32,501 nt of DNA, from NCBI GenBank assembly GCA_043822305.1, contig JBDRBU010000007.1:1-32501 (forward strand). Direction: 5' to 3'. Positions within the stretch are counted from its first letter, which is position 1; every line of letters starts with the position of its first letter. Shown piece after piece: positions 18,078-27,405 of this stretch. The notes under the pieces were generated by a model. The model saw only the letters and a list, made by a program, of their open reading frames with translations. It did not search any database and was not told where the DNA came from. Position numbers and translations under genes: made by a program. The DNA is from Candidatus Firestoneibacteriota bacterium (GTDB lineage Bacteria > Oederibacteriota > D2-FULL-39-29 > JBDRBU01).

Positions 18078-18466
18078 TCTATATCATGTTTTGTAAAAGG
18101 TAACGTTTTTAATCTCTTTTTGTTGATGAGTTTACCACATATTTCACAAGTACCATATGTACCTTTTTCTATTTTTTCTAAAGCAATGTCTATTTCTTCT
18201 AAAGATCTTTTTTCTGTATCGCTCAAATTATGCAAAAACTCAGCATCATATGTATCACCGGCTAAATCTATTGAATCTTTTACTTCTGTAGGATCAATTT
18301 TCTTTCCATTGGCAATATTTTTTGCTAACTCTTCTAATAAATCCTTTTTTTGGAACAAAAGTAATCCCTTAAAATATTTTAGATCTTTAGAAATTAACTT
18401 TTTTGTTTTTACCCCTGATTTTTGTTTCTTTGTTTTTTTAATCTTTTTATATTTCTTCTTCTTCAT
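18053..18466 (-). CDS. dksA: DksA/TraR C4-type zinc finger family protein
   Basis: DSIDLA (DxxDxA), ALEKIEKGTYGTCEICG...RL..LP...HDIEC; GAGGGG RBS before ATG 18466. Confidence 0.85.
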   Translation of the reverse strand: MKKKKYKKIKKTKKQKSGVKTKKLISKDLKYFKGLLLFQKKDLLEELAKNIANGKKIDPTEVKDSIDLAGDTYDAEFLHNLSDTEKRSLEEIDIALEKIEKGTYGTCEICGKLINKKRLKTLPFTKHDIECQSKEEK

Positions 18467-18587
18467 TTTCGTTCCCCTCAGCATGGCAATCCTCAAAATA
18501 AAGACACTTTTTACAGCAGCCTTCCATGAGGGTGCCAGATTCACTACAAATTTCATAATTTGAACATTCTTCGCAACAGTAAAGCAA
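18447..18587 (-). CDS. Small Cys-rich acidic protein (46 aa), not in the ORF track
   Basis: GGGAGG RBS 6 nt before a TTG; MLYCCEECSNYEICSESGTLMEGCCKKCLYFEDCHAEGNENEEEEI; fills the gap between the decarboxylase gene and dksA. Confidence 0.72.
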   Translation of the reverse strand: MLYCCEECSNYEICSESGTLMEGCCKKCLYFEDCHAEGNENEEEEI

Positions 18588-18644
18588 ATCCTACCTCCCT
18601 TTTTACTTTTTATAGTTTTATACAGGACGCTACATTTTCAACTT

Positions 18645-20186
18645 TTACTGTCGTTTCAATTCAATTATTTTATTAAAATCAAAGGTTTCTTGTGCAAGTC
18701 CATTTACTTCATGCCTTGTTTCACAAACTACTTTAATAGTTTGCAAACTTTTATCGTCTTGACCATTTATTATATTACCTAATTCTTTTAGTAAATGCAA
18801 GTAATTATATGCTTCTTTTGTAATTCTTTCTCCGGGAACAAGTAAAGGAATTCCAGGTGGATATGGAGATACTATCTCTGCACAAATTAGCCCTATTGAA
18901 TCTTTAAATGATACTTTTTTTGTTACAGAAAATGATGCTTCTCTTGGAGTTAAAACAACCTCTGAAGCAAACTCTGGAAAACCAATATCTGGAAGCGCCT
19001 TAACAATATTCTCGTTTATTTTGAAATTTTTCTTAATATCTTTTAAGGCCCTGGTTAATTTATATATATCATTTTTAGTATTACCCAGACTGACAATAGC
19101 GAGCAAATTTGATGGAGTAGCGAACTCTACCTGTATTCCATATTTTTTGTTTAGAAGCCGTGATACTTCATAACCTGTATTTCCAATGTTCCTTGTATCT
19201 ATAGTTAATTTTGTCACATCTAATCCAAATATGCCTTCTTTTCCAGTTATTTCTTTTCCAAAACATCTAAGGCCCAGATTGTTTATATGTTTTCTTGTTT
19301 CTTCGGCTAAATCAATAACTCTTGAAAGGATTTCACTTCCAGATGTTGCCATTTGCATTCTGGCTACATCAAGTGAAGCCAGTAATATATATGAAGGTGA
19401 AGTTGTATGTAATAACTGTAATATTCGTTTTAATTTTAATATATCTATTGTCCTTCTGGCGTGAAGCATAGAGGCTTGAGTCATTCCAGAGATAATTTTA
19501 TGCGTACTTTGAACACATATATCTGCTCCGCCTTCCATGGCCGAAGTTGGTAAATCTGGATGGAATTTCAAATGAGGTCCATGGGCTTCATCAACCAGCA
19601 AAATTTTCTTATACTGGTGTGCTATTCTTACTATTTCTCTTATATCCGTAGTTATCCCATTGTATGTTGGATTTGTTATAAGTATAGCTTTTACATCAGG
19701 ATGCTCTTTAATCTTTTCTTCTATCTGTGTCGGGGTTACATTGCATATTATTCCCAGATCTTTATCTACTTTTGGATATACATATATTGGTATTGCTCCA
19801 CTTATTATAACTCCGGCGATAACTGATTTGTGGGCATTCCTGGGAATGATAATTTTATCTCCGGGTAAACATACTGAGAGTATCATGGCATGATTACCTA
19901 TTGTTGTTCCATTAACAAGGAAAAACGAGTAATCCGTACCATATGCTTCGGCGGCTAATTTTTGGGCATCTTTAATTACAGTTTTAGGGTCCTGAAGAGA
20001 ATCAACCTCTTCCAGTAATGTTAAATCTATATCAAATATCCTCGCTCCTACAAAATCTCGAAATCTTTTAGAAATCCCATCTCCATGTTTATGCCCTGGA
20101 GTATGAAAAGATATCTTTTTCTTTTTTGCATAGTTAACCACTGCATCAAAAAGAGGAGTTTTTAATTGCCGCTCGTAATAGTCCAT
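18645..20186 (-). CDS. PLP-dependent Orn/Lys/Arg decarboxylase (fold type I, probably arginine decarboxylase)
   Basis: FHTPGHK, LVNGTT, RNAHKS, VDEAHG, QSTHK, TTSPSY, PYPPGIP; next to speDE. Confidence 0.92.
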   Translation of the reverse strand: MDYYERQLKTPLFDAVVNYAKKKKISFHTPGHKHGDGISKRFRDFVGARIFDIDLTLLEEVDSLQDPKTVIKDAQKLAAEAYGTDYSFFLVNGTTIGNHAMILSVCLPGDKIIIPRNAHKSVIAGVIISGAIPIYVYPKVDKDLGIICNVTPTQIEEKIKEHPDVKAILITNPTYNGITTDIREIVRIAHQYKKILLVDEAHGPHLKFHPDLPTSAMEGGADICVQSTHKIISGMTQASMLHARRTIDILKLKRILQLLHTTSPSYILLASLDVARMQMATSGSEILSRVIDLAEETRKHINNLGLRCFGKEITGKEGIFGLDVTKLTIDTRNIGNTGYEVSRLLNKKYGIQVEFATPSNLLAIVSLGNTKNDIYKLTRALKDIKKNFKINENIVKALPDIGFPEFASEVVLTPREASFSVTKKVSFKDSIGLICAEIVSPYPPGIPLLVPGERITKEAYNYLHLLKELGNIINGQDDKSLQTIKVVCETRHEVNGLAQETFDFNKIIELKRQ

Positions 20187-20203
20187 TAATTAATTACCTC
20201 CGC

Positions 20204-21103
20204 TTAAACAAATAATGGTTTTTTATCTGTTATTATTAATTTTTTATTTAATCTTATATCGGTTATTAAATCTTTTGAACTTGTAAAAAGACCTTTATGT
20301 AAATCGCGATGATAGTATTTCAAATCTTTAATATGTCTTTTTGTTAATTTTTTTTCAATTTCATCTTTAGTTAAATCTTCCGGATTATATTTTTTAGAAG
20401 CAAGGGCAAATCCCCATTCAGTACCATATGATGGAATATAGGCATAAAAAAGTTTAACAACAGGAAATATAGAGCATAATGTATTGTATATGGCTATATG
20501 TATTTTTCTGTATGGATAAATAGGGGATATGGCCTGAGAGATCATAAGACCAATTTTACTTAATTTATCTTTAACTATCTTGTAAAACTCTTTTGTAAAA
20601 AGAAAACCAGAATGGCCATCTTTTACTGGATCAGAAAGATCTAAGATTATAACATCGTATATTTCTCCGGTGTCTTTCAGATACTTTCTACCATCCCCAT
20701 AGATCATCTTTACTCTTTTATCTTGAAAATATTTGCCATTTAATTTCGACATAAGTTCAACCACTTCCAGATCAATATCAATCACAACTACTTCCTTAAC
20801 CATATTGTGTTTAAGAATTTCTCTTAAGGCAAATCCATCTCCACCACCAATGACCAGAACCTTTCTGGGTTTTGGATGTGTAATTAAAGCAGGATGAATT
20901 AAAAGTTCATGATAAATATATTCGTCTTTTTCGGCAAATTGAATATGGTTATTAAGGTATAAACATTTACCATAATCTTTTGTCTCTATAAGTTTAATAT
21001 GTTGATAATTACTCTTTTTATCTATTAATACTTTTTTAACCCGATAAAGGTGATATTCATTATTAGTAATATAGTCTGCTATCCATTTATTTTTTTTACT
21101 CAT
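20204..21103 (-). CDS. speE: Polyamine aminopropyltransferase (spermidine synthase)
   Basis: DEYIYHE, VLVIGGGDG, DVIILDLSDP, LFTKEFY, IPSYG. Confidence 0.93.
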   Translation of the reverse strand: MSKKNKWIADYITNNEYHLYRVKKVLIDKKSNYQHIKLIETKDYGKCLYLNNHIQFAEKDEYIYHELLIHPALITHPKPRKVLVIGGGDGFALREILKHNMVKEVVVIDIDLEVVELMSKLNGKYFQDKRVKMIYGDGRKYLKDTGEIYDVIILDLSDPVKDGHSGFLFTKEFYKIVKDKLSKIGLMISQAISPIYPYRKIHIAIYNTLCSIFPVVKLFYAYIPSYGTEWGFALASKKYNPEDLTKDEIEKKLTKRHIKDLKYYHRDLHKGLFTSSKDLITDIRLNKKLIITDKKPLFV

Positions 21104-21113
21104 TTAGGTTGCC

Positions 21114-21509
21114 TTAAACACTTACGTTGGCCGGCTTATGTGTTAACTCCTTATCTGGAATATGGAGTGAGCCTCTTTTAACTTCCATCGTTGTATAATT
21201 TTGTGCTTGTAATCTTTTGGCAATGTATTCAAATGCAACCCAGGGGTCTATAACTTCACCACAAGTAAACAAATCTAAGGCCGCAAAATTATACTCTGGC
21301 CAGGTATGTATTGACAAATGAGACTCAGCGATGACAACAACCCCACTTAGACCATATGGATTAAATTTATGAACCACAGTTTCGACTACTGTTGCGTTCG
21401 CTTCCTCTGCTCCTTTGATAAGTATGTCTTTAATCTCTTCCTGATTGTTTAAAATTTCATGATGACAGTCATACATTTCAGCTAAGACATGCCGTCCCAG
21501 TGCTTTCAA
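21114..21509 (-). CDS. speD: S-adenosylmethionine decarboxylase proenzyme (class 1B)
   Basis: LGRHVLAE, GLSGVVVIAESHLSIHTWPE, DLFTCG; TTG start after a GGGGGTGA RBS. Confidence 0.95.
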   Translation of the reverse strand: MKALGRHVLAEMYDCHHEILNNQEEIKDILIKGAEEANATVVETVVHKFNPYGLSGVVVIAESHLSIHTWPEYNFAALDLFTCGEVIDPWVAFEYIAKRLQAQNYTTMEVKRGSLHIPDKELTHKPANVSV

Positions 21510-21568
21510 CTTTAATCTCACCCCCTTGAAATAATTCAAAACTTTAAATAAAAAATATCTTTATAGTA

Positions 21569-21596
21569 AGTATAACAAATTTTTTAAAAATGTCAA
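21569..21596 (-). promoter_or_regulatory. sigma70 promoter of the speD operon
   Basis: TTGACA-16 bp-TATACT with an extended -10 TG. Confidence 0.7.
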
Positions 21597-21607
21597 TAGT
21601 TTTTTTA

Positions 21608-22231
21608 TTATTTGAGAGAAAATTTTATGGGTATGCGAATTGAAACTTTAGTTTGGTTTAGATTCATTAGCGGTAAAAAAGGCTGGGCGGATTTAATAAT
21701 TTTAATTGCTCCATCGTCTAAAGATTTATCTCCAGATGATTTAAAAATATTTATATTGCTGACATATCCATCATTTGAAATAGAAATATCAACCAGAACT
21801 TCTCCTTGTATATTTTTTTCCCTGGCCGCTTTTGGATATTTTTTAAATCTTTCTATTTTAGTTTTTATTTCTTTAAACCATAAAATTGTTTCATAATTAT
21901 AACTTAGACTGTTACCAATTAAATTACCATCAGCAACCGGTTCATGGTCATCTTTATCTTCTTGCTCGTTTAAATCTTGCCGTAATTCGATTGGTTTACT
22001 TTCTTCATCTTTTTTTATCGCTATAAATGGAGCCCGTGTTGTTCCTAAAAGTGGAGTCGGGGTCGTCCCCGACCCCGACATATATTTTTTGTGATTTATA
22101 ATTTGTTTTTGAATGTATCCAATTTCTATAACATTTTGCCCTGATATGTAAGTTTTCTTAGAGTTCGGAAATTTTAAAGTTTGAAGAAATAATAAATGTA
22201 ATATGATTGAAAAAATAAAAAAATATTTCAT
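21608..22231 (-). CDS. tonB: TonB-family energy transducer
   Basis: N-terminal SIILH transmembrane motif; YPKAAREKNIQGEV...SSG...LD...A...PF. Confidence 0.88.
   Translation of the reverse strand: MKYFFIFSIILHLLFLQTLKFPNSKKTYISGQNVIEIGYIQKQIINHKKYMSGSGTTPTPLLGTTRAPFIAIKKDEESKPIELRQDLNEQEDKDDHEPVADGNLIGNSLSYNYETILWFKEIKTKIERFKKYPKAAREKNIQGEVLVDISISNDGYVSNINIFKSSGDKSLDDGAIKIIKSAQPFLPLMNLNQTKVSIRIPIKFSLK
22052..22082 (-). repeat. Family-1 palindrome lying in frame inside tonB
   Basis: TATGTCGGGGTCGGGGACGACCCCGACTCCA, near-identical to 30929-30960. Confidence 0.8.
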
Positions 22232-22250
22232 ATTGTTGTGTCGTAAAACC

Positions 22251-22273
22251 CGGGGTCAGGGACGACCCCGAGT
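22251..22273. repeat. Family-1 palindrome between btuB and tonB
   Basis: CGGGGTC-AGGGAC-GACCCCG-AGT. Confidence 0.75.
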
Positions 22274-22280
22274 GCCTTTA

Positions 22281-24128
22281 TTAAAATGTAATGTTTGCTC
22301 CTCCATTAAATGTTCTGCCTGGCATTGGGTATCCATCTCTAAGTTGATAGGGTACATTTTCAATATTTTCTATCCCCAAATTAATCTGTAAATAATCATT
22401 GATTTGCAAAGTTAACCTTACATCTGTTTTTATAAAATTGGGGAGCGATCTTGTATTGCTTGTATTAATAAATCTTTTATCATAATATTCAGAATCTATG
22501 CTTAATTTTTGACCAAAAATGTTATACTCCATTCCCAAATTAACTTTATTTCTTGGTCTATATATTAACTCCTTATCCAAACTTTCATCTTTAGTGAATA
22601 ACCATGTATGATTTACATATCCTGTTAAATTGTTGAAAGGAACTACTTTTAATTCAGTTTCAAGACCATATGTTGCTACTTTGCTAACATTTGATGGTAT
22701 CCATTTAGAAGATGAATCTAATGGATCTATTTGGGCCCACTGAATCATATCAGTTAGATCATTTCTAAAATATGTTTCTTTTACAAGAAGAAAATCTGCA
22801 AGATCATAACTTACTCCTATATCATACGAGAGGGACTTTTCTGGTTTCACATTTGGATTGCCTTCTGCCCATCCTTCATCTGGCCAGTATAAGTTAGAAA
22901 AAGTTGGTGCTCTAAAACTAGTTCCTATTGAACCTTTTATTTGAATATTATCTTCTATATTATAAATTAATGCTGCTAAAGGGTTAAAACTATCTCCGTA
23001 GACAGAATGGTTATCATATCTAACTGCTGCTGTAAAAATCCATGAGCCAAGCAAATCTAAAGTATCCTGTGCATATACTGATTTTATTGTAGCATTTTTA
23101 TTTCCTAGAGCACTTTGTTCTAAGACATCATAACGACACCTTCCACCTAATGTTAGAATATTTATTCCACCTAAATCATAACTATATTGTGTCTCAAAAT
23201 CCAAATTTTTCTCGTCACTAAGTGTATCAGTGAAAGAATAAAAGTTTAAAATATTTCTTGCTCCGTATAAATTAAACTTAATTACTGATTCATCGTCTAA
23301 CCCAATCTTAAAATTCAAAGAAGAATATAATTTTTCGTTTTTTTGTTTATCAGTTAAAGATGGCCAAGAAATACTTCCAGGAGCACCAAGGTCTGATTTA
23401 AATCCACCAAAGTTTAATTTTAAGTTACTTAATTCTGAAAAATTGTAGTTAATTGTTCCGTTTAAATTATAGGAATCATATTTACTATTCTCTCTTTCTC
23501 CGTCAGAATGTTCATATGAGCCCGTTAAATTCAGTAACAAATTATCAAATTTATTTTCAAAAGAAAGTTTATAATCCTGCGTATTAAATGTTCCATAATC
23601 ACCTGAAAAGGTTATCTCTGGTTTATCAACTTTGCTCTTGGTAATAATGTTTACAACTCCACCAACAGCATTTGCTCCATAAAGTGAAGATGCAGGACCT
23701 CTAAGGACTTCAATTCTTTCTATATTATCTAAATTTAACAATGATAGATTTACATCTCCCACATAACTGCTGTTTAATGAAACGCCATCAAGCAAAATCA
23801 ATGTTCCTTCAGCAGATACTCCCCTAAGAAGTATGGATTGGGCTGTCCCTAATGTCCCCAATTTGCCTATATCAACACTGATTAGATTAGAAATTACTTC
23901 TCCTACATTTTTTGAATCACTCGTTTTAATTTTTTCCTTATCAACTACACTTATATTTGCTGGTACTTCTCTTAACAATTTTTCCACCCTTGAACCAGTG
24001 ACAACGATTTCATCTAATTGAAAGACATCTTTTATCTCAACTGGACAAGTAGTGCCACATTCCTGCTTATTCTCTTCAGCAAAAATATTCAAAGATACTA
24101 AAGATAAAACCAACATAATTCTTAACAT
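22281..24128 (-). CDS. btuB: TonB-dependent cobalamin receptor (BtuB-like)
   Basis: DEIVVTGSR TonB box, IERIEVLRGPASSLYGANAVGGVVNIIT plug, FRAPTF, GNPNVKPE, PGRTF, terminal Phe; B12 operon context. Confidence 0.88.
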   Translation of the reverse strand: MLRIMLVLSLVSLNIFAEENKQECGTTCPVEIKDVFQLDEIVVTGSRVEKLLREVPANISVVDKEKIKTSDSKNVGEVISNLISVDIGKLGTLGTAQSILLRGVSAEGTLILLDGVSLNSSYVGDVNLSLLNLDNIERIEVLRGPASSLYGANAVGGVVNIITKSKVDKPEITFSGDYGTFNTQDYKLSFENKFDNLLLNLTGSYEHSDGERENSKYDSYNLNGTINYNFSELSNLKLNFGGFKSDLGAPGSISWPSLTDKQKNEKLYSSLNFKIGLDDESVIKFNLYGARNILNFYSFTDTLSDEKNLDFETQYSYDLGGINILTLGGRCRYDVLEQSALGNKNATIKSVYAQDTLDLLGSWIFTAAVRYDNHSVYGDSFNPLAALIYNIEDNIQIKGSIGTSFRAPTFSNLYWPDEGWAEGNPNVKPEKSLSYDIGVSYDLADFLLVKETYFRNDLTDMIQWAQIDPLDSSSKWIPSNVSKVATYGLETELKVVPFNNLTGYVNHTWLFTKDESLDKELIYRPRNKVNLGMEYNIFGQKLSIDSEYYDKRFINTSNTRSLPNFIKTDVRLTLQINDYLQINLGIENIENVPYQLRDGYPMPGRTFNGGANITF

Positions 24129-24158
24129 TTTTTCCTCCTTTTATTTTTATTCCCTGTT

Positions 24159-24191
24159 ATTCCCCCTTAGAAAAGGGGGTTAGGGGGTTGT
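24159..24191 (+). repeat. Family-2 repeat, copy 1
   Basis: ATTCCCCCTTAGAAAAGGGGGTTAGGGGGTTGT. Confidence 0.8.
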
Positions 24192-24237
24192 AAATCCCTG
24201 TTTTGTGTTTCCATTTGATCTACGCTCCATCACCTCC

Positions 24238-24969
24238 TTATAATTTTAAGGATAAAATAATTAAAACACAAATTTCAATGATTTCTACGGTAAAGCCAAA
24301 AATATCTCCCGTTATGCCACCTATTTTTTTTACAAAATATAAAGCAATTAATATTGAGATTACTGTCGTAATTAAAAATGCAAAAATTCCATTTAATCCA
24401 ACTAATAATGAAATTAGAAATGAAAATCCAATAGCCATAATGAGTTGTTTAAATGGAACTTTCTTGCAAAATATGGATCCTAACCCATTATTTTTAGCCG
24501 GAGGAGCAAAAAACATTTGCAGAATTATTCCGGTTCTACTTAAAACAGGCATTAAAATAAAAGCAATATTTAAATTTGAAATATTAAAATTAACAAGTAG
24601 AAAAACTTTTAATATTAAAATTATAAATAACCAGACGGCTCCCATGGCTCCCAGATGACTATCATCCATTATTTTGAAAATTTCTTCTTTTGTTTTCCCT
24701 CCGTAAAGTCCATCAATAGTATCAGCGAAGCCATCTAAGTGCATACATCCAGTTAGAAGTAGATAAACGGCGAAGGTGAGAAGGAGGGAAGCAAAAGAGG
24801 GTAAAAATAATGACAGAATAAAATTTGTCCCGACTAAGATCAATCCTAAGATTAAACCGGCTAAAGGGAAAAACACGACAGAGTTGACCAAATCGGATTC
24901 TTTAATTTCTCTCTGTATCTTTACTGGTATTCTTGTTAAAAATTGTAAAGCAATTAAGAAGTTTCTCAT
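24238..24969 (-). CDS. cobS: Adenosylcobinamide-GDP ribazoletransferase (cobamide synthase)
   Basis: QFLTRIP, TGCMHLDGFADTIDG, IMDDSHLGAMG, GGITGDIFG. Confidence 0.95.
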   Translation of the reverse strand: MRNFLIALQFLTRIPVKIQREIKESDLVNSVVFFPLAGLILGLILVGTNFILSLFLPSFASLLLTFAVYLLLTGCMHLDGFADTIDGLYGGKTKEEIFKIMDDSHLGAMGAVWLFIILILKVFLLVNFNISNLNIAFILMPVLSRTGIILQMFFAPPAKNNGLGSIFCKKVPFKQLIMAIGFSFLISLLVGLNGIFAFLITTVISILIALYFVKKIGGITGDIFGFTVEIIEICVLIILSLKL

Positions 24970-25487
24970 TTTAATCTCATGGGTAATCCGGCGGCCATAA
25001 AATAAACCTCATCGGCATACTTGGCTAATATTTGATTTGATTTACCTTGTCTATCTCTAAATAATCTGGCTAATTTATTTCTGGGAACAATTCCCAGACC
25101 AACTTCATTTGAAATAATTATCACTGATGATTCACAATTTTTACAAGATTTAGCCATTTCTTTTATTTTGTCTTCTATTGAATTTTCATTATATTTTTTC
25201 ATCATCCAGTTGTTAAGAAGGAGTGTTAAACAGTCTAAAAGGATTACCTTGCCTTTTTTATTTTCTTTTTTAAAGACGGAGATAACATTTAAAGGTTCTT
25301 CTATCACTTTCCATATCTTGCTTCTATTTTCTTTATGCTTTTTAACCCTGTCTTTCATTTCTTTATCAAGTGGAATAGTTGTGGCAATATAGACAAACTC
25401 TTTGCCTAATTTTTGGGCTAATTTTTCACTAAAAGAAGTTTTTCCGCTTCTGGCTCCACCAGTTATAAGAATAAATTTTTTTTTCAT
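24966..25487 (-). CDS. cobU: Adenosylcobinamide kinase/adenosylcobinamide-phosphate guanylyltransferase
   Basis: GGARSGKT, YIAT, LDCLT, SNEVGLGIVP, RLFRD. Confidence 0.96.
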   Translation of the reverse strand: MKKKFILITGGARSGKTSFSEKLAQKLGKEFVYIATTIPLDKEMKDRVKKHKENRSKIWKVIEEPLNVISVFKKENKKGKVILLDCLTLLLNNWMMKKYNENSIEDKIKEMAKSCKNCESSVIIISNEVGLGIVPRNKLARLFRDRQGKSNQILAKYADEVYFMAAGLPMRLK

Positions 25488-26533
25488 TTTATTTTTTCAT
25501 CCACTCCTGCTGATTCAAAAGTAGCCATTTCATTTAATATCTTTACACCAGCATCTATTATATTTATGGCTAAGGCCGCCCCGGTTCCTTCTCCTAATCT
25601 TAAATCTAAATTAAGAATTGGTTTTAATCCCAGATAATCCAAAGCAATTTTATGACCTCTTTCAACGGATACATGAGAAGCAAACAAATATTCTCTGACT
25701 TTAGGGGAAATATTTACAGCAATTAAAGCCGCCGCTCCAGAAATAAATCCATCAATAACCACAGGTATTTTTCTCATGGCCCCGCCAAGTATTACTCCAG
25801 TTAACCCACCTATCTCAAATCCTCCAACCTTAGATAAAACATCAAGAGCATCCTTAGGATTTGGTTTATTTAGTTTTATTCCCTTTTTTATGACTTTAAT
25901 TTTATTTTCGAAAGTTTTATCATCTACCCCCGTCCCTCTTCCAGTTACAATCTCAACTTTTTGTTTGGTAAATACTGAGGTTATGGCACTACTTGGAGTT
26001 GTGTTGCCTATGCCCATATCACCTGTGCCGACTATATCTATATTCTTTTCGCTTAAGACAATATCTAGACCCGCTTCAATAGATTTTATTGCTTCTTCTT
26101 TTGTCATGGCTGGACCTTTTGCAAAATTTTTTGTTCCATAATTGATTTTTTTTATTATTAAGTCTGGATGTTTTTCTAAATCACTGGCCACGCCCAGATC
26201 AACTACTATTACTTTTGCTCCAATATGCCTGGCTAAAACATTTATACCTGCTCCGCCTTTTAAAAAATTATAAACCATTTGAGGGGTTACTTCTTTTGGA
26301 TAGGCCGAAACTTTTTCTTCAACTACTCCATGGTCACCGGCCATGGTAATTATAACTTTATTTTTTAAGGTTGGATTCTTTTTACCTGTAATGGCTACTA
26401 CATATTTGGCCATCTCTTCTAACCGGCCCAGACTTCCAAGTGGTTTTGTAAGATTATCTAACCTCTTTTGTGTTTCCTTAAAAGATTCCTTATCTATCCC
26501 TTCTATTTCTACATCATACTTACCTATTTTCAT
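25484..26533 (-). CDS. cobT: Nicotinate-nucleotide dimethylbenzimidazole phosphoribosyltransferase
   Basis: LTKPLGSLGRLE, GDHGV, GDMGIGNTT, DGFIS, LRLGEGTGA. Confidence 0.97.
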   Translation of the reverse strand: MKIGKYDVEIEGIDKESFKETQKRLDNLTKPLGSLGRLEEMAKYVVAITGKKNPTLKNKVIITMAGDHGVVEEKVSAYPKEVTPQMVYNFLKGGAGINVLARHIGAKVIVVDLGVASDLEKHPDLIIKKINYGTKNFAKGPAMTKEEAIKSIEAGLDIVLSEKNIDIVGTGDMGIGNTTPSSAITSVFTKQKVEIVTGRGTGVDDKTFENKIKVIKKGIKLNKPNPKDALDVLSKVGGFEIGGLTGVILGGAMRKIPVVIDGFISGAAALIAVNISPKVREYLFASHVSVERGHKIALDYLGLKPILNLDLRLGEGTGAALAINIIDAGVKILNEMATFESAGVDEKIK

Positions 26534-26559
26534 ATTAATTTCCTCCTTTAATTTCCTTA

Positions 26560-26592
26560 ATTCCCCCTTAAAAAAGGGGGTTAGGGGGTTGT
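26560..26592 (+). repeat. Family-2 repeat, copy 2
   Basis: ATTCCCCCTTAAAAAAGGGGGTTAGGGGGTTGT; one mismatch to copy 1; supplies the btuD stop codon. Confidence 0.8.
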
Positions 26593-27405
26593 CTTTATTG
26601 TTGTCTTTATTTTTGACTGCCTTTCTCTTGCTTCTTCTGGAACTATTAATATAAAAGGTTTAGAAGAAATTGGATTTTTTTCTACAACCACAATTGTCTT
26701 ATAAACCTCCTCAATGATTTGATATTTTAAAACCTCCTCGGGAGTTCCCATTGAATAAACCCTGCCTTTATTTATAAGAACTAACCTCTGACAATATTCA
26801 CTGGCTAAATTAAGGTCGTGCAGGACCATGATGACTGTAAGTTTAAATTCTTTATTTAACTTTTTTACAAGGTCTAAGATTTTTATTTGATGTGTTATAT
26901 CTAAATGTGTTGTTGGCTCATCCAATAAAAGCAATTTTGGTTCTTGAGCCAAAGCCCGGGCCACAAGGACAGTTTGTCTTTCTCCGCTACTTATTTCTGC
27001 TATAAGTCTATTTTTAAGTTTAAAGGTGTCTGTTAGCCTCATACATCTTTTAGCAATATCCAGATCGTTTTTTGTTTCTAAAAATTGAAATCTTTCATAG
27101 TGAGGAATCCTCCCCAGAAGTACAAATTCCTCTACGGTGATGTATCCTATTTCAGAATCTTGAGAAATTACCGCTATTTTCTTAGCCAGATCCTTAAGGC
27201 CCATCTGCCAGATATCTTTTCCTTCAAATAAAATATTCCCTTTCTTTGGCTTAATCACTTTAGTTATCGCTTTTAGAAGAGTTGTTTTCCCTGACCCATT
27301 TGGACCTATTATGCCTACAAGTTCTCCTGCAGCTACTTTAAGATTAATATCTAAAAGATTAAATTTTAAGTCATAACCACAATTTAAGTTTTCTATCTTA
27401 AGCAC
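26581..27405 (-). CDS. btuD: Cobalamin ABC transporter ATPase
   Basis: GPNGSGKTT, LLLDEPTTHLD, HDLNLA; context. Confidence 0.88.
   Translation of the reverse strand: MLKIENLNCGYDLKFNLLDINLKVAAGELVGIIGPNGSGKTTLLKAITKVIKPKKGNILFEGKDIWQMGLKDLAKKIAVISQDSEIGYITVEEFVLLGRIPHYERFQFLETKNDLDIAKRCMRLTDTFKLKNRLIAEISSGERQTVLVARALAQEPKLLLLDEPTTHLDITHQIKILDLVKKLNKEFKLTVIMVLHDLNLASEYCQRLVLINKGRVYSMGTPEEVLKYQIIEEVYKTIVVVEKNPISSKPFILIVPEEARERQSKIKTTIKTTP

Noticed and set aside
18467..18556. Long N-terminal extension of DksA
   Set aside because: Better RBS at ATG 18466; the region is better explained by the Cys-rich ORF in another frame
24175..24190. G-quadruplex or telomere-like GGGGGTTAGGGGG
   Set aside because: Only two G-tracts, and one pairs with the upstream C-tract
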